A DNA stretch of 64,000 nt. It comes from Candidatus Hydrogenedentota bacterium. Its GTDB lineage: Bacteria > Hydrogenedentota > Hydrogenedentia > Hydrogenedentales > SLHB01. Position numbers and translations under genes: made by a program. The notes beneath the pieces are model-generated. The model searched no databases. It was not told the DNA's origin and saw only the letters and a program-made list of their open reading frames with translations. This document shows positions 1-9,062 of the stretch, in pieces (within the stretch, counting starts at the first letter, position 1; each line of letters opens with the position of its first letter). The stretch covers positions 1,280,001 to 1,344,000 of the forward strand of contig CAXXTH010000017.1 of NCBI GenBank assembly GCA_963668025.2. Reading direction: 5' to 3'.

Positions 1-582
1 ATCGCCTACATATACAGCTACTTCACGAATAATATCTGCAAGTACATCTGTGATGACTGCCTCATCGTCTCGACGTGCGTAAACCTGCATATCAATCCAG
101 ACACATGGTCTAGATTCCTTTTTCCTAGTGTGCATTGCATAGAGAAGGAGAGTTGACTTTCCTGCTCCACGCCTCCCAAACACGACATGGTTTGCGGCAG
201 CAGTGACTTGCTCCTCTGCGCCAGTAACTGAACGTGTATATCGTGAGAGAAAATCGGCTTCAAAACTATACCGATTGATGTTAAGGCTCTCAGCAAGTGT
301 TTTGAGAAAAAGCTTTCCTTCTGGTCCTCGTAAAAGGTTCTCTCCCAACTTCTTAATCAGTGTAGCCATAGGTGGTTCCTGGCCTTCAATTGCGAAATGA
401 TTGCGGACCTCTTCCAATATTGAATAGAGTCTTTCGGTGGGATTAGCTACCTTGAGAATAAGAATTGGATTTCCTTCTCTTTCATGCAGATTGTAGTCTA
501 TTCGCATGAGCCCGGATTCATTTTCGAACTCTTTTCTGATTCTATCGAAGACGCTTTCTTCTATTGTTGTGGTTAGCTTCAC
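1..582 (-). CDS. P-loop NTPase (STAND/AAA-like), 5' part only, runs off the window edge
   Basis: Not in the ORF track. Manual translation from GTG at 582 (GTGA overlap with the HEPN stop) gives 194 open codons, MKLTTTIEESVFDRIRKEF...NHVVFGRRGAGKSTLLLYAMH...CVWIDMQ, with a clear Walker A GxxGxGKS. Confidence 0.85.
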   Translation of the reverse strand, partial: MKLTTTIEESVFDRIRKEFENESGLMRIDYNLHEREGNPILILKVANPTERLYSILEEVRNHFAIEGQEPPMATLIKKLGENLLRGPEGKLFLKTLAESLNINRYSFEADFLSRYTRSVTGAEEQVTAAANHVVFGRRGAGKSTLLLYAMHTRKKESRPCVWIDMQVYARRDDEAVITDVLADIIREVAVYVGD

Positions 583-1073
583 AGCTTAATCCCTTTTCCT
601 TTGAGATAAATAAATACATCCTTTAAGAACTCACCAACGAGTTTCGTGGAATCGCGAGAACCTAGGACAAGATCCTTATCAGAAGACAAGTGATCATAAT
701 CACATGTATTGCGATCTTCGCGTAATACCTGAAGTTTATTCACATACTCGGATCTGCTAGGAAAATCATCTGGAAGATTATAGAATCGTTGATGGTCTTT
801 CACATCGGCAGAGTAGTCGCCAGAAACAAATAACCGGACAGCCCTAGAAGCATTATAAGCAGAATAGTAGAGGCGCGAGACTCTTTGACGCCAATTTGAC
901 CTAGATAGGTGAATAGCGAAACTATAATGATTTTTGGCCAAAGATAATAGCGCGACGGTATTGGCTACAATATCCGCCTCAATTAACTCTAATGAGGCTG
1001 AATCTAGAATCCCCGACAGATGCTCCTTAACTTTTCGTGGATTACCCAGATTGAGTAAGTGAGGCGATCTCAT
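579..1073 (-). CDS. HEPN-domain protein
   Basis: 164 aa, predicted helical, with SRLYYSAYNA and LREDRNTCDYDH matching the HEPN (UPF0332-like) SRxYY...RxxxDY pattern; AT-rich coding sequence. Confidence 0.7.
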   Translation of the reverse strand: MRSPHLLNLGNPRKVKEHLSGILDSASLELIEADIVANTVALLSLAKNHYSFAIHLSRSNWRQRVSRLYYSAYNASRAVRLFVSGDYSADVKDHQRFYNLPDDFPSRSEYVNKLQVLREDRNTCDYDHLSSDKDLVLGSRDSTKLVGEFLKDVFIYLKGKGIKL

Positions 1074-1284
1074 AGCGTTAGTCGACCCTCATGAATAAAA
1101 ACTAGATCTCTGTTTTCGAAAAGAACCTCATAGTTCCAATATCAAAGCTATTATAAAAAAATCCATCTCACTATATATACTGCATTAAGCCGATATTTAC
1201 TTATTATTTTATGGCGCTTCATCGCATGTTTTGTCTAGCAGGTAAATCCCGTTAGCCATAGCTATCTTACAACCATTTTTTTAG

Positions 1285-1314
1285 TTAGCGCAAGTAGATT
1301 TAGCGCAAGTAGAT
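1285..1314. repeat. Perfect 2x15-bp tandem repeat TTAGCGCAAGTAGAT
   Basis: Copies at 1285-1299 and 1300-1314 in the AT-rich region upstream of the HEPN gene. Confidence 0.9.
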
Positions 1315-1530
1315 ATTATATTTTCATAATCCATGATACAAGTGAAATGAAACACGGGACCAAGTGAATAGATACTATTGAACACTTGTTTCCCTATGAT
1401 GCGAGGCACCCAAGGAAACGCGCATCGGAACTCGGTTTCAGGTAGAATACAGTATGTTGTGTTAGAATGCGGAAGATGAACCGCTAGGTTCGGAGCGGTG
1501 CATCACCGGATAAAATGGGAGATATGAAAA

Positions 1531-2280
1531 ATGCCGTTCTTTTTCTGGGATTCGACCATGATTCTGCTGGTTCCAGCATTGTTATTGGCCATGTGGGCCC
1601 AGTTCAAGGTGAAGTCCACGTATGCCCATTATGCACAAGTAGCGAACCGTTCCGGATTGACCGGAGCCCGCGTGGCGAGTTTGATCTTGCGCGATGCCGG
1701 TATCGAAGTGACGAACAGCCCGGAGCGCGCAAGCGGCCCGGCCTGCGCCATCGAGCCTATCGGCGGCGAATTAACCGACCATTATGATCCCCGCGACCAC
1801 ACCTTGCGGTTGTCCGAGGGCATCTATGATGGCCGCAGCGTGGCGGCGCTGGGCATAGCCGCCCACGAAGTAGGGCACGCCATCCAGCATGCGAAAGGGT
1901 ATGCCCCGATGGCCCTGCGCAGCATCATCTACCCGGCGTCGTCCATTGGCTCGACTCTCGCGTTTCCGTTGTTCTTCATCGGCCTGCTGGTTCCCCGCCA
2001 TTTGGCCATTGGCGGCATGGACCTTGGCCCCATGCTGATGAACAGCGCGATCTTGCTTTTCGCCATGGCCGTGATGTTCACACTGGTGACGTTGCCGGTT
2101 GAGTTCAACGCCAGCAACCGCGCCCTCAAGGCATTAGCCAAGGGCGGCTATCTGGCGGAGGATGAAATGGCGGGGGCGCGCAAGGTGCTGAGCGCCGCAG
2201 CCATGACCTACGTCGCCGCGGCCGCCATGGCGCTTATGCAGCTTCTGCGCCTTATCCTGCTCGCACAGCGGCGCGATTAA
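1531..2280 (+). CDS. Membrane neutral zinc metallopeptidase, YugP-like
   Basis: LTDHYDP, AAHEVGHAIQH (HEXXH), TLPVEFNASNRA and AAAMTYVA family motifs; hydrophobic helices. Confidence 0.9.
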   Translation: MPFFFWDSTMILLVPALLLAMWAQFKVKSTYAHYAQVANRSGLTGARVASLILRDAGIEVTNSPERASGPACAIEPIGGELTDHYDPRDHTLRLSEGIYDGRSVAALGIAAHEVGHAIQHAKGYAPMALRSIIYPASSIGSTLAFPLFFIGLLVPRHLAIGGMDLGPMLMNSAILLFAMAVMFTLVTLPVEFNASNRALKALAKGGYLAEDEMAGARKVLSAAAMTYVAAAAMALMQLLRLILLAQRRD

Positions 2281-2295
2281 CACTGCGGCCGCCAA

Positions 2296-4368
2296 TTAAC
2301 GTTTGGCCTTGTACACGTAGAAACCAGTTCCAGGGCGCTGCCCGATAACCACGGGCAGCCCTTCTTTTAAGAGCGCGGCTCCGGAATACTCCTTGGATTC
2401 CGTTGCGTTGTCCAGGTCCGTTACAACATATGTTGCCGTTTCATCCAGGCCTTTCAACGGGAATCGCGCGGATTCATACACGCTTTCCTCCCTGCGGAAA
2501 ACCTGCACCATCCCGCCGTGCAGTTCTTCGCGATGGAATTGCCAGGCAATCCACTGATCATGAGCCAGGGAATACGAGGTCAACGGATAGTAATCGCCGA
2601 AGTAATAAGGCCCGAATTCCCGCCATTCATGAATCAGCTTCGCCAGACCCGCAAAATCGATGCTTTCGTCGCGCATGTCCCAGCACGCGTTGAAACTGGG
2701 GCACAGCACACTGCGCACCTGGTAAGAGTCCGTTTTGGACGTGCCTGTGCCGTAGAAGGGAATCCACTGCGCCAGCGCCCAGGTATGGCATTGGTTGCCC
2801 ACCGGCTCCATGATGTAGTCGCTTCGCAACAGCGGCACGGCCCGCCGCAAGGTTTCCAGGTCATTACGGCGGCCGCCGCTCGCGCAGGAATCGATCAGCA
2901 TATCCGGATGCCGCCGGAGCAATTCGTCCCAGTAGGCCAAATATCCCGTTACATACCGGTTTTCGCTAATGCCTTTTCGATCTTCGGCGTCGTTGGCCCG
3001 CCAAAAACTGAGCGGCTCAATATTAAAATCCTGCCGGTATAGGTCGATGGCTTCGTCCTTCAGAATCGTGTCCACGTGATTCGTAACCCATTCACGAACC
3101 TCCGGCTCATTCAGCTTGAGGAGGCCTCCATTGGTTCCACCGAACACCCAGCCGGGCCGCTCGTTTGTCAGCCAGGTGTCCGCGGCCACCCGTTCCGGCT
3201 CAAACCACACAATCGTTTGCACCCCGAGCGCATGGGCATGATCCGATATTTCGCGCAGGCCCTTGGGGAACCGCCCGCGATCCACTTCCCATGTGCCCGT
3301 GTGGGTCCACCCCGTCTTGTTAGGATACCAGCCCGCGTCCATCCACCAATAATCCAGCCGCATGTCGTGCTTGAGATAGGCATCCACGAAGAATACCTGG
3401 TTTTCGGTGTTAGCGTGGATCATCTCACCAAACTGGTGGGAACTGCACGCTTCGAGCAGCGGGAGCGGCGGGAGCTGGCCTCCCGGCCTTGGCATGTTGT
3501 GGGCGATCATCCACTGCCGCCAGACATTCTGGGCATGCAATGGATCTCCTTTCCAAAACTGGAGGACAATCATGGGCGTACGCACTTCCTCACCGGGATA
3601 CAGCGTAAAGTGGGTGTCTTCCTGGCCCGCCTTCAACCGCACCCCGCTTTCCCCTTCCCGCACCATATCCGTCTTCCATTGCCCCGGCCAGCTCACGACG
3701 AAGATAACCCCCTCATCGCCGTATTGCAGGTTGAAGTACGGGAACTGGTGCTGGGTGCCACGCCCGCCCGTATTAGCCACGGAAAACGTCTGCCCCGGCG
3801 CGATGGCCGTTTCATGGGGCTCGTAACTGTCAGCCGTGCATTCATCGCCGGTATGATGGCGCAGCACGAGTGGAATCTCTGGATTCCAGTCAAGCGATGT
3901 GTCAATCGCCCGCAGTTCGCTGATGATCGGCGTGTTGGCCGCGCCTTCATTCTTGAGGTATACCGTCCATTCCACTGTCGGAAAATCCGCATACGCCACG
4001 CCCACGCATCGCACGCGCAGCTTGGTGGCCGGATCAGTGTAGTTTATCGTGTACTGAGTCCGGCTGGCGTCCAACGGCTGCGTCTTGCGCGATACCTCCC
4101 ACGAATCAATAAATTCCTTCGACGTTTTTTCACCATAGTTAAACGAAAAAAGGGGGGCCGTTGAATAAGGCGGCCGGGTCCAGGTTTGCAACGGCACATC
4201 GCCCATGGCAGGCGCCGTTCCGCCGTCTAGGTTAGCAGTGGCTTCCTCTTGGGGAGCGCCGGAAAATGCGGCTCCAGCCCACCGCTTAGCCTCATCCAGT
4301 TCCACCTGTGCAGGTATCGCCGCGAAACAAGAATTTATCGTCCACAGCGCCATAATCGCAGTCATCAT
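2296..4368 (-). CDS. GH36 alpha-galactosidase (melibiase) family protein, secreted
   Basis: WMDAGW, RFPKGL, WFEPE, RQDFN, CASGGRR and RSD motifs. Start moved to ATG 4368, which has a GGGGAG RBS and a signal-like N-terminus. Confidence 0.85.
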   Translation of the reverse strand: MMTAIMALWTINSCFAAIPAQVELDEAKRWAGAAFSGAPQEEATANLDGGTAPAMGDVPLQTWTRPPYSTAPLFSFNYGEKTSKEFIDSWEVSRKTQPLDASRTQYTINYTDPATKLRVRCVGVAYADFPTVEWTVYLKNEGAANTPIISELRAIDTSLDWNPEIPLVLRHHTGDECTADSYEPHETAIAPGQTFSVANTGGRGTQHQFPYFNLQYGDEGVIFVVSWPGQWKTDMVREGESGVRLKAGQEDTHFTLYPGEEVRTPMIVLQFWKGDPLHAQNVWRQWMIAHNMPRPGGQLPPLPLLEACSSHQFGEMIHANTENQVFFVDAYLKHDMRLDYWWMDAGWYPNKTGWTHTGTWEVDRGRFPKGLREISDHAHALGVQTIVWFEPERVAADTWLTNERPGWVFGGTNGGLLKLNEPEVREWVTNHVDTILKDEAIDLYRQDFNIEPLSFWRANDAEDRKGISENRYVTGYLAYWDELLRRHPDMLIDSCASGGRRNDLETLRRAVPLLRSDYIMEPVGNQCHTWALAQWIPFYGTGTSKTDSYQVRSVLCPSFNACWDMRDESIDFAGLAKLIHEWREFGPYYFGDYYPLTSYSLAHDQWIAWQFHREELHGGMVQVFRREESVYESARFPLKGLDETATYVVTDLDNATESKEYSGAALLKEGLPVVIGQRPGTGFYVYKAKR

Positions 4369-4540
4369 GGATTGCTCCCCTCGTAGATAGTACATTTTCG
4401 CCCATCCCATCGGTCTTTGTAGATGAGATGGATGAAGTATGAGCAAGGATGCTCACGCAGTCAATCTTTTAGGCGGTTTTGAGCCATGAACACGCGAATA
4501 AACGAATCGCGTATAGCCGCAATCGAAGAGCCCGATTTTG

Positions 4541-4682
4541 CACCACCAAGAGTTCTAAGTGTTTCTACGTGTTTACTTGTCTGCTCTGCTTTAGATTTAT
4601 AAATATCAGACATATTTACTGGCTACCGCCGCAGCCTAATTCTTGCGAGCCTCTTTTTGTGTCTTTGTGACTTGGTGGTGAA
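4541..4682. repeat. Triple-subrepeat arm (reverse, 4653-4682) with a degenerate forward partner CACCACCAAG (4541-4550); about 142-bp empty unit
   Basis: CTTTTTGTGTCTTTGTGACTTGGTGGTGAA followed by CTCTCCGG matches the arms at 22516, 23316 and 25150. Confidence 0.7.
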
Positions 4683-4717
4683 CTCTCCGGAAAGATCGCC
4701 ATACGAGAGATAGTTAC

Positions 4718-4756
4718 ACAAACCCGCCGCTATCATTTTGGAATGATAACGGCGGG
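4718..4756 (-). terminator. Probable intrinsic terminator of hcp
   Basis: 15-bp stem CCCGCCGCTATCATT/AATGATAACGGCGGG (1 mismatch) about 22 bp after the hcp stop, followed by TTTGT on the minus strand. Confidence 0.65.
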
Positions 4757-4778
4757 CGTATAGAAGCGTCTAGCGGTT

Positions 4779-6089
4779 TTATACCCTTGCGCAGGCTTTC
4801 TCGACATCCGCCTTCGCATCCGCGCCGATAGGCTTCAAGTCGAAGGTCTTCACCAGGAGATCCAGCACATTCGGCGTGACGAATGCGGGGAGCGCCGGGC
4901 CGAGGATGATCCCTTTGACGCCCAGTGACAGCAACGTCAGCAGCACCGCCACGGCCTTCTGCTCGAACCACGAGATGCACAACGTGAGCGGCAGGTCGTT
5001 AACGCCGCAATTGAAGGCCTTGGCCAGCGCCAGCGCCACTTGGATCGCCCCATAGGCGTCGTTGCATTGGCCCATGTCCAGCAAGCGAGGCAGGCCCGCC
5101 ACCGTGCCATAATCATAATCGCGGATGCGGTATTTGCCGCAACCCAGCGTCAGGATAATGCTGTCCGGCGGCGCACTTTGCGCATACTGGGAGAAGTAGT
5201 TGCGCCCTGGCTCCGCGCCATCGCAGCCGCCAATCACGAAGAAATGCTTGATTTTTCCGGACTTTACCGCCTCGACGACTTTGTCCGCCAGGCCCAGAAT
5301 CACGCTGTGGTGGAAGCCGATGGTGTTCGTCTTCAATTCCGTCGGCTTAAGGGGGCCAACGGCCTTAGCCCGTTCAATCAGCGGAGTGAAGTCGTTGCCT
5401 TGAATCCGGGTTGCGCCGGGAATCGCCGTGACGCGCGTCGTGAACAGCTTATCCAGATACGTATTCGCCGGACTAGGGATCATCACGCAGTTGGTCGTGG
5501 CGAGGATGGGCCCGCCGAAGGCCTCCCATTCCATACGCTGTTTTTGCCACGCCCCGCCATAATTGCCCGCCAAGTGCGAATACGCCCGCAAACCGGGATA
5601 CATATGCGCCGGAAGCATCTCGCCGTGCGTGTAGACCTTAATGCCCGTGCCCTTCGTCTGTTCGAGCAAATCGCGCAGGTCCACCATGTCGTGGCCTGTC
5701 ACTAAAATGCCGGGGCCTTCTTGAATGCCTTCCTTTATCTCCACCGGACTCGGCTGGCCGAAGGTCTCGACATGGCCCGCATCCAACAGCTCCATGACCC
5801 GCAGATTCATTTTGCCGCATTCGAGCACCAATTCCAGTAGGCTGTTCATATCGAAATTGACATTCGTGACCGTGGCAAACAGGGCTTCTTCCACAAAGGC
5901 GTCCACGGCCTCATCAGTTTTGCCCAAGCGCCGGGCGTGGTGCTTGTAGGCAGCCATGCCCTTGAGGCCATATAGCAAGATTTTCTGGAGAGACTCCATA
6001 TCGGCGTTTTTACCGCAGACCCCCTTCTCGCCCCGGCACCCAAGCCCGTCCCGTGTTTGCTCGCACTGATCGCAGAACATATCCACCAT
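4779..6089 (-). CDS. hcp: Hybrid cluster protein (hydroxylamine/NO reductase), short form
   Basis: MFCDQCEQT...C...VCGK Fe-S motif, plus VTGHD, YTHGEMLPAH, TTNC, GGCDG, LGCGKYR, DMGQCND and SWFEQKA. Confidence 0.95.
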   Translation of the reverse strand: MVDMFCDQCEQTRDGLGCRGEKGVCGKNADMESLQKILLYGLKGMAAYKHHARRLGKTDEAVDAFVEEALFATVTNVNFDMNSLLELVLECGKMNLRVMELLDAGHVETFGQPSPVEIKEGIQEGPGILVTGHDMVDLRDLLEQTKGTGIKVYTHGEMLPAHMYPGLRAYSHLAGNYGGAWQKQRMEWEAFGGPILATTNCVMIPSPANTYLDKLFTTRVTAIPGATRIQGNDFTPLIERAKAVGPLKPTELKTNTIGFHHSVILGLADKVVEAVKSGKIKHFFVIGGCDGAEPGRNYFSQYAQSAPPDSIILTLGCGKYRIRDYDYGTVAGLPRLLDMGQCNDAYGAIQVALALAKAFNCGVNDLPLTLCISWFEQKAVAVLLTLLSLGVKGIILGPALPAFVTPNVLDLLVKTFDLKPIGADAKADVEKACARV

Positions 6090-6147
6090 TATAGATCCTC
6101 CTTATCTGATTTAGGGCTGCGCCTTTCGCCTCCCGTTTGCTGCTCTT

Positions 6148-6642
6148 TTAGGATTTTTCCCGCATCTCTTCTTGCATCACAGTCTCATCCGCCAGAAGTG
6201 CAATCCGGCCCATTTTACAATCCACTTTTCCGCGCAGCACGTGATCGGGCGTGGGCCGTTTAGCCAGGTCCGCCACGGTCCATCGTTTTAATGTTTCCAC
6301 AATGGCCTGATGCAGCGCCGCCATGGCTTGATGATACGCGCATGTCATTTGTAGTGGGGCCACCCCGCCGCAAAAATCGCCCAGTACTTTTCCCTGGCAC
6401 GCTTCCACCACATCCAGCAAGGTGATCTGTTCGGGCCGGTTCGACAGTGTCACGCCGCCCTGCGCTCCACGCGTGGCATGCAAAATTCCAGCTTTCACCA
6501 GCGAGCCGGTGATCTTCGCCATGTAAGAAGGCGACGCATCCAAAATATCCGCCAGCGCTTTTGGCGGGATAGGCTCCTTGCTGTTGCGCATGGCCAGGTA
6601 AGCCAGCACTTGAAGCCCTATCTCGGAAGTTTGAGTAAGCAT
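6148..6642 (-). CDS. Rrf2 family transcriptional regulator
   Basis: Winged HTH (SPSYMAKI...LVKAGIL.ATRGAQGG), PEQITLLDVVEA, and C/C/C/H candidate Fe-S ligands; directly upstream of hcp. Confidence 0.92.
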   Translation of the reverse strand: MLTQTSEIGLQVLAYLAMRNSKEPIPPKALADILDASPSYMAKITGSLVKAGILHATRGAQGGVTLSNRPEQITLLDVVEACQGKVLGDFCGGVAPLQMTCAYHQAMAALHQAIVETLKRWTVADLAKRPTPDHVLRGKVDCKMGRIALLADETVMQEEMREKS

Positions 6643-6667
6643 GGGAATGAATCGCGCTCCTTATTAC

Positions 6668-6702
6668 AGATAAAGCATATCTTAAATATCCCTAAATGTC
6701 AA
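6668..6702 (-). promoter_or_regulatory. Sigma70 promoter of rrf2-hcp with overlapping palindrome
   Basis: TTGACA (6702-6697), 17-bp spacer, TATGCT (6679-6674). The AGATA-N5-TATCT dyad at 6668-6682 overlaps the -10. Confidence 0.7.
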
Positions 6703-6727
6703 GCCTCTTTTTCCGCCGTGAAACAGT

Positions 6728-6757
6728 TGCGCCGGACACCCCCCGGTGTCCGGCGCA
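6728..6757. terminator. GC-rich hairpin, possible terminator downstream of oppD
   Basis: Perfect 13-bp stem TGCGCCGGACACC-CCCC-GGTGTCCGGCGCA; only a weak U-tract. Confidence 0.5.
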
Positions 6758-6820
6758 TCGCCTTTTCCCTCTCGTCTAGAGAGGATCCTTCCCACTCCCA
6801 GCCTGGTGTGCTTGTGTCTG

Positions 6821-6870
6821 CTGGTTTAGGAGAAATGAGGAGACCCTCCCTCCTCATTTCTCCTAACCAG
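6821..6870. repeat. Long intergenic inverted repeat
   Basis: Perfect 16-bp stem TTAGGAGAAATGAGGA/TCCTCATTTCTCCTAA with a 9-nt loop, extendable by CTGG/CCAG. Confidence 0.8.
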
Positions 6871-7048
6871 AGCACTCGTTGAGCGTCGTATGCGAGAGAT
6901 AATATCATTAATTACTCTTTACTCATTTCTATTATATATAAATTGCTACAAGATAGCCAGCAAAAAAAACGGTAGGAGAAAGCACTAAATTAGGTTGCGA
7001 TGAGGAACAGCCTTGGATTCATTATTGCCACGCTTTTATTTCCAGTGA

Positions 7049-8029
7049 TTAATCGTATATCTGCCCGTTCAACACCCGCGTGCAAGCCGTATGATGTCCG
7101 GGAGCCATCTCGCGTAATGCGATAGGTTGCGCCTTGCATTCAGGCTGTGCTTGTTCGCAGCGCGCGGCGAAAGGGCAGCCGGAGATGGGCTGAACCAGGT
7201 CCGGCGGAAGGCCGGGAATGGTATACAGCTCCTCGCCTTGCCCGCGCATCGAAGGCAGCGATGCCATGAGCGCTTTTGTGTAGGGATGGCGTGGATGCGT
7301 GAAGAGTTCGCTGGCCGAAGCGGCTTCCATGGCTTCGCCCGCGTACATGACCACGACGCGATTGCATGTGCCCGCCACGACGCCGAGGTCGTGGGTGATT
7401 AAAATGACGGCCATGCCGATTTCCTCTTGAAGCTGCTTGATCAGCGCCAATATCTGGGCTTGCACGGTCACATCCAGCGCCGTGGTCGGTTCGTCGGCGA
7501 TGAGGAGTTTCGGGCGGGTGATCAGGGCCATGGCGATCATGACGCGCTGTCGCATGCCGCCGGAGAATTGGTGGGGATATGAACCCAGGCGCTCCTCGGC
7601 ATCGTGAATGCCCACGCGCCGCAAGGCCTCGATAGCGCGTGCGCGTGCGTCCGCGCGTGAAGCGCCTTCGTGAACGCGCAACGGCTCCATGATTTGCGCG
7701 CCGATGGCCATGAAGGGATTCAGGGCCGTCATGGGATCTTGAAAAATCATCGAGATGGATTTGCCGCGTATGGCGCGCAGGCGCGCCGAGCCACATTGCA
7801 GCAGATCCACGCCATCGAAACGCGCCGTTCCCGATTCTATCCGCCCTGGAGGCATGGGGATAAGCCCCAGTATCGAGAGCATGGCGACGGATTTGCCCGA
7901 GCCCGATTCGCCAACAATGCCTAGCGTTTCGCCCGCATCGAGGGCATACGACAGCCCGTTCACGGCGCGCACGACGCCATTGCGCGTGTGGAAATACGTA
8001 CGCAGATTCTCGACTTCCAACAGTGGCAT
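7049..8029 (-). CDS. oppD: Oligopeptide/dipeptide ABC transporter ATP-binding protein
   Basis: [44 protein letters not shown] and GCPFAARC motifs; start placed at MPLLEVENL. Confidence 0.93.
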   Translation of the reverse strand: MPLLEVENLRTYFHTRNGVVRAVNGLSYALDAGETLGIVGESGSGKSVAMLSILGLIPMPPGRIESGTARFDGVDLLQCGSARLRAIRGKSISMIFQDPMTALNPFMAIGAQIMEPLRVHEGASRADARARAIEALRRVGIHDAEERLGSYPHQFSGGMRQRVMIAMALITRPKLLIADEPTTALDVTVQAQILALIKQLQEEIGMAVILITHDLGVVAGTCNRVVVMYAGEAMEAASASELFTHPRHPYTKALMASLPSMRGQGEELYTIPGLPPDLVQPISGCPFAARCEQAQPECKAQPIALREMAPGHHTACTRVLNGQIYD

Positions 8030-8045
8030 ATAGCAGTTCCTACGT

Positions 8046-8073
8046 ATGACCGGCGAGGGCGCCGGCCCCACAC
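8046..8073 (-). repeat. REP-like palindromic element, copy 1
   Basis: Reverse complement GTGTGGGGCCGGCGCCCTCGCCGGTCAT is 27/28 identical to 11702-11729. Confidence 0.75.
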
Positions 8074-8124
8074 TTTTATGTTTATCCACACGCGAAGCGA
8101 ACTAAAGTTTCTAGGAAGGGGGCA

Positions 8125-8160
8125 TGGGGGAAACCCTCTTTTCAAAGAGGGTTTCCCCCA
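8125..8160. repeat. Perfect hairpin between oppC and oppD
   Basis: TGGGGGAAACCCTCTTT-TC-AAAGAGGGTTTCCCCCA. Confidence 0.85.
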
Positions 8161-8168
8161 TCTTCCTC

Positions 8169-9062
8169 TTAATCCTTCGATGATTTCGGGTCGAGGGCGT
8201 CGCGCAGGCCGTCGCCTAGGAAATTCAACGAAAACAACGTTAGCGTCAGCGCCGCGCCGGGAAACATCAGCACCCACATGAACTCTTCCATCGAGCCCGT
8301 GCCTTCCTTGATCAACGTGCCCCAGGAGCTCATGGGGGCCTGCACGCCCAGGCCGAGATAACTGAGGAAAGCCTCGAGCAACATGACGCGCGGCACGGTG
8401 AGCGTGGCGTAGACGATGATCGGGCCGAGGGCGTTCGGGATGAGATGCCGGAATAGGATGCGCATGCGCGGCAGGCCGAGGGCTTCGGCGGCCTCGACGA
8501 ATTCTTTTTCCTTGAGCGACATAATCTGCCCGCGCACGATGCGGGCCATAGTGAGCCATTCGACGGCCCCGATAGCAGCGAAGACCAGGATGATTTTCCG
8601 GCCAAAATACGTGACTAAAATAATGGCGAATATGGTGAATGGCAGCGTGTAGAGAATATCGACGATGCGCATCATTAGATTATCGATGCGCCCGCCCGTG
8701 AAGCCCGCCATGGCCCCCCACGTGACGCCGATGCACAGTGATACGGCGGTCGCGGCGAAGCCAACCATAAGCGACACGCGGCCCCCGATGAGCACGCGGG
8801 TGAGGAGGTCGCGCCCGAGGTGGTCCGTGCCAAACCAATGCTGGGCGCTGGGCGCGATGAACTTGTCGTCCCGGTTTTGCTCGCTGTACGAATAGGGGCT
8901 AAACCACGGCCCCACGATGACGGCGATTGCCATAAAGGCCAGCACAAACAGGCCGATCATGGCGAGCCGGTTTTTGCGCAGGCGGTAATACGCGTCATGC
9001 CAGAGCGACGCGCCCTTTTCGGCCCGTGCGAAAGATTCCGTGATGGCGGTTTCGTTAGGCAT
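8169..9062 (-). CDS. oppC: Oligopeptide ABC transporter permease
   Basis: HWFGTDHLGRD, EFVEAAEALG (EAA loop), LSYLGLG...SWG and LGDGLRDALDP; start placed at MPNE. Confidence 0.93.
   Translation of the reverse strand: MPNETAITESFARAEKGASLWHDAYYRLRKNRLAMIGLFVLAFMAIAVIVGPWFSPYSYSEQNRDDKFIAPSAQHWFGTDHLGRDLLTRVLIGGRVSLMVGFAATAVSLCIGVTWGAMAGFTGGRIDNLMMRIVDILYTLPFTIFAIILVTYFGRKIILVFAAIGAVEWLTMARIVRGQIMSLKEKEFVEAAEALGLPRMRILFRHLIPNALGPIIVYATLTVPRVMLLEAFLSYLGLGVQAPMSSWGTLIKEGTGSMEEFMWVLMFPGAALTLTLFSLNFLGDGLRDALDPKSSKD

Noticed and set aside
18-400. Track ORFs 18-296 and 203-400
   Set aside because: Alternative frames overlapping the longer Walker-A-containing frame 1-582.
1074-1400. Retron msr-msd upstream of the HEPN gene
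   Set aside because: No a1/a2 inverted repeats were seen, and the downstream gene is an ATPase with no reverse-transcriptase motif in the window.
3076-4164. Long antisense ORFs (also 19936-21162, 46793-47827, 53711-54754, 60486-61403)
   Set aside because: Shadow frames opposite well-supported genes in GC-rich DNA, with no motifs.
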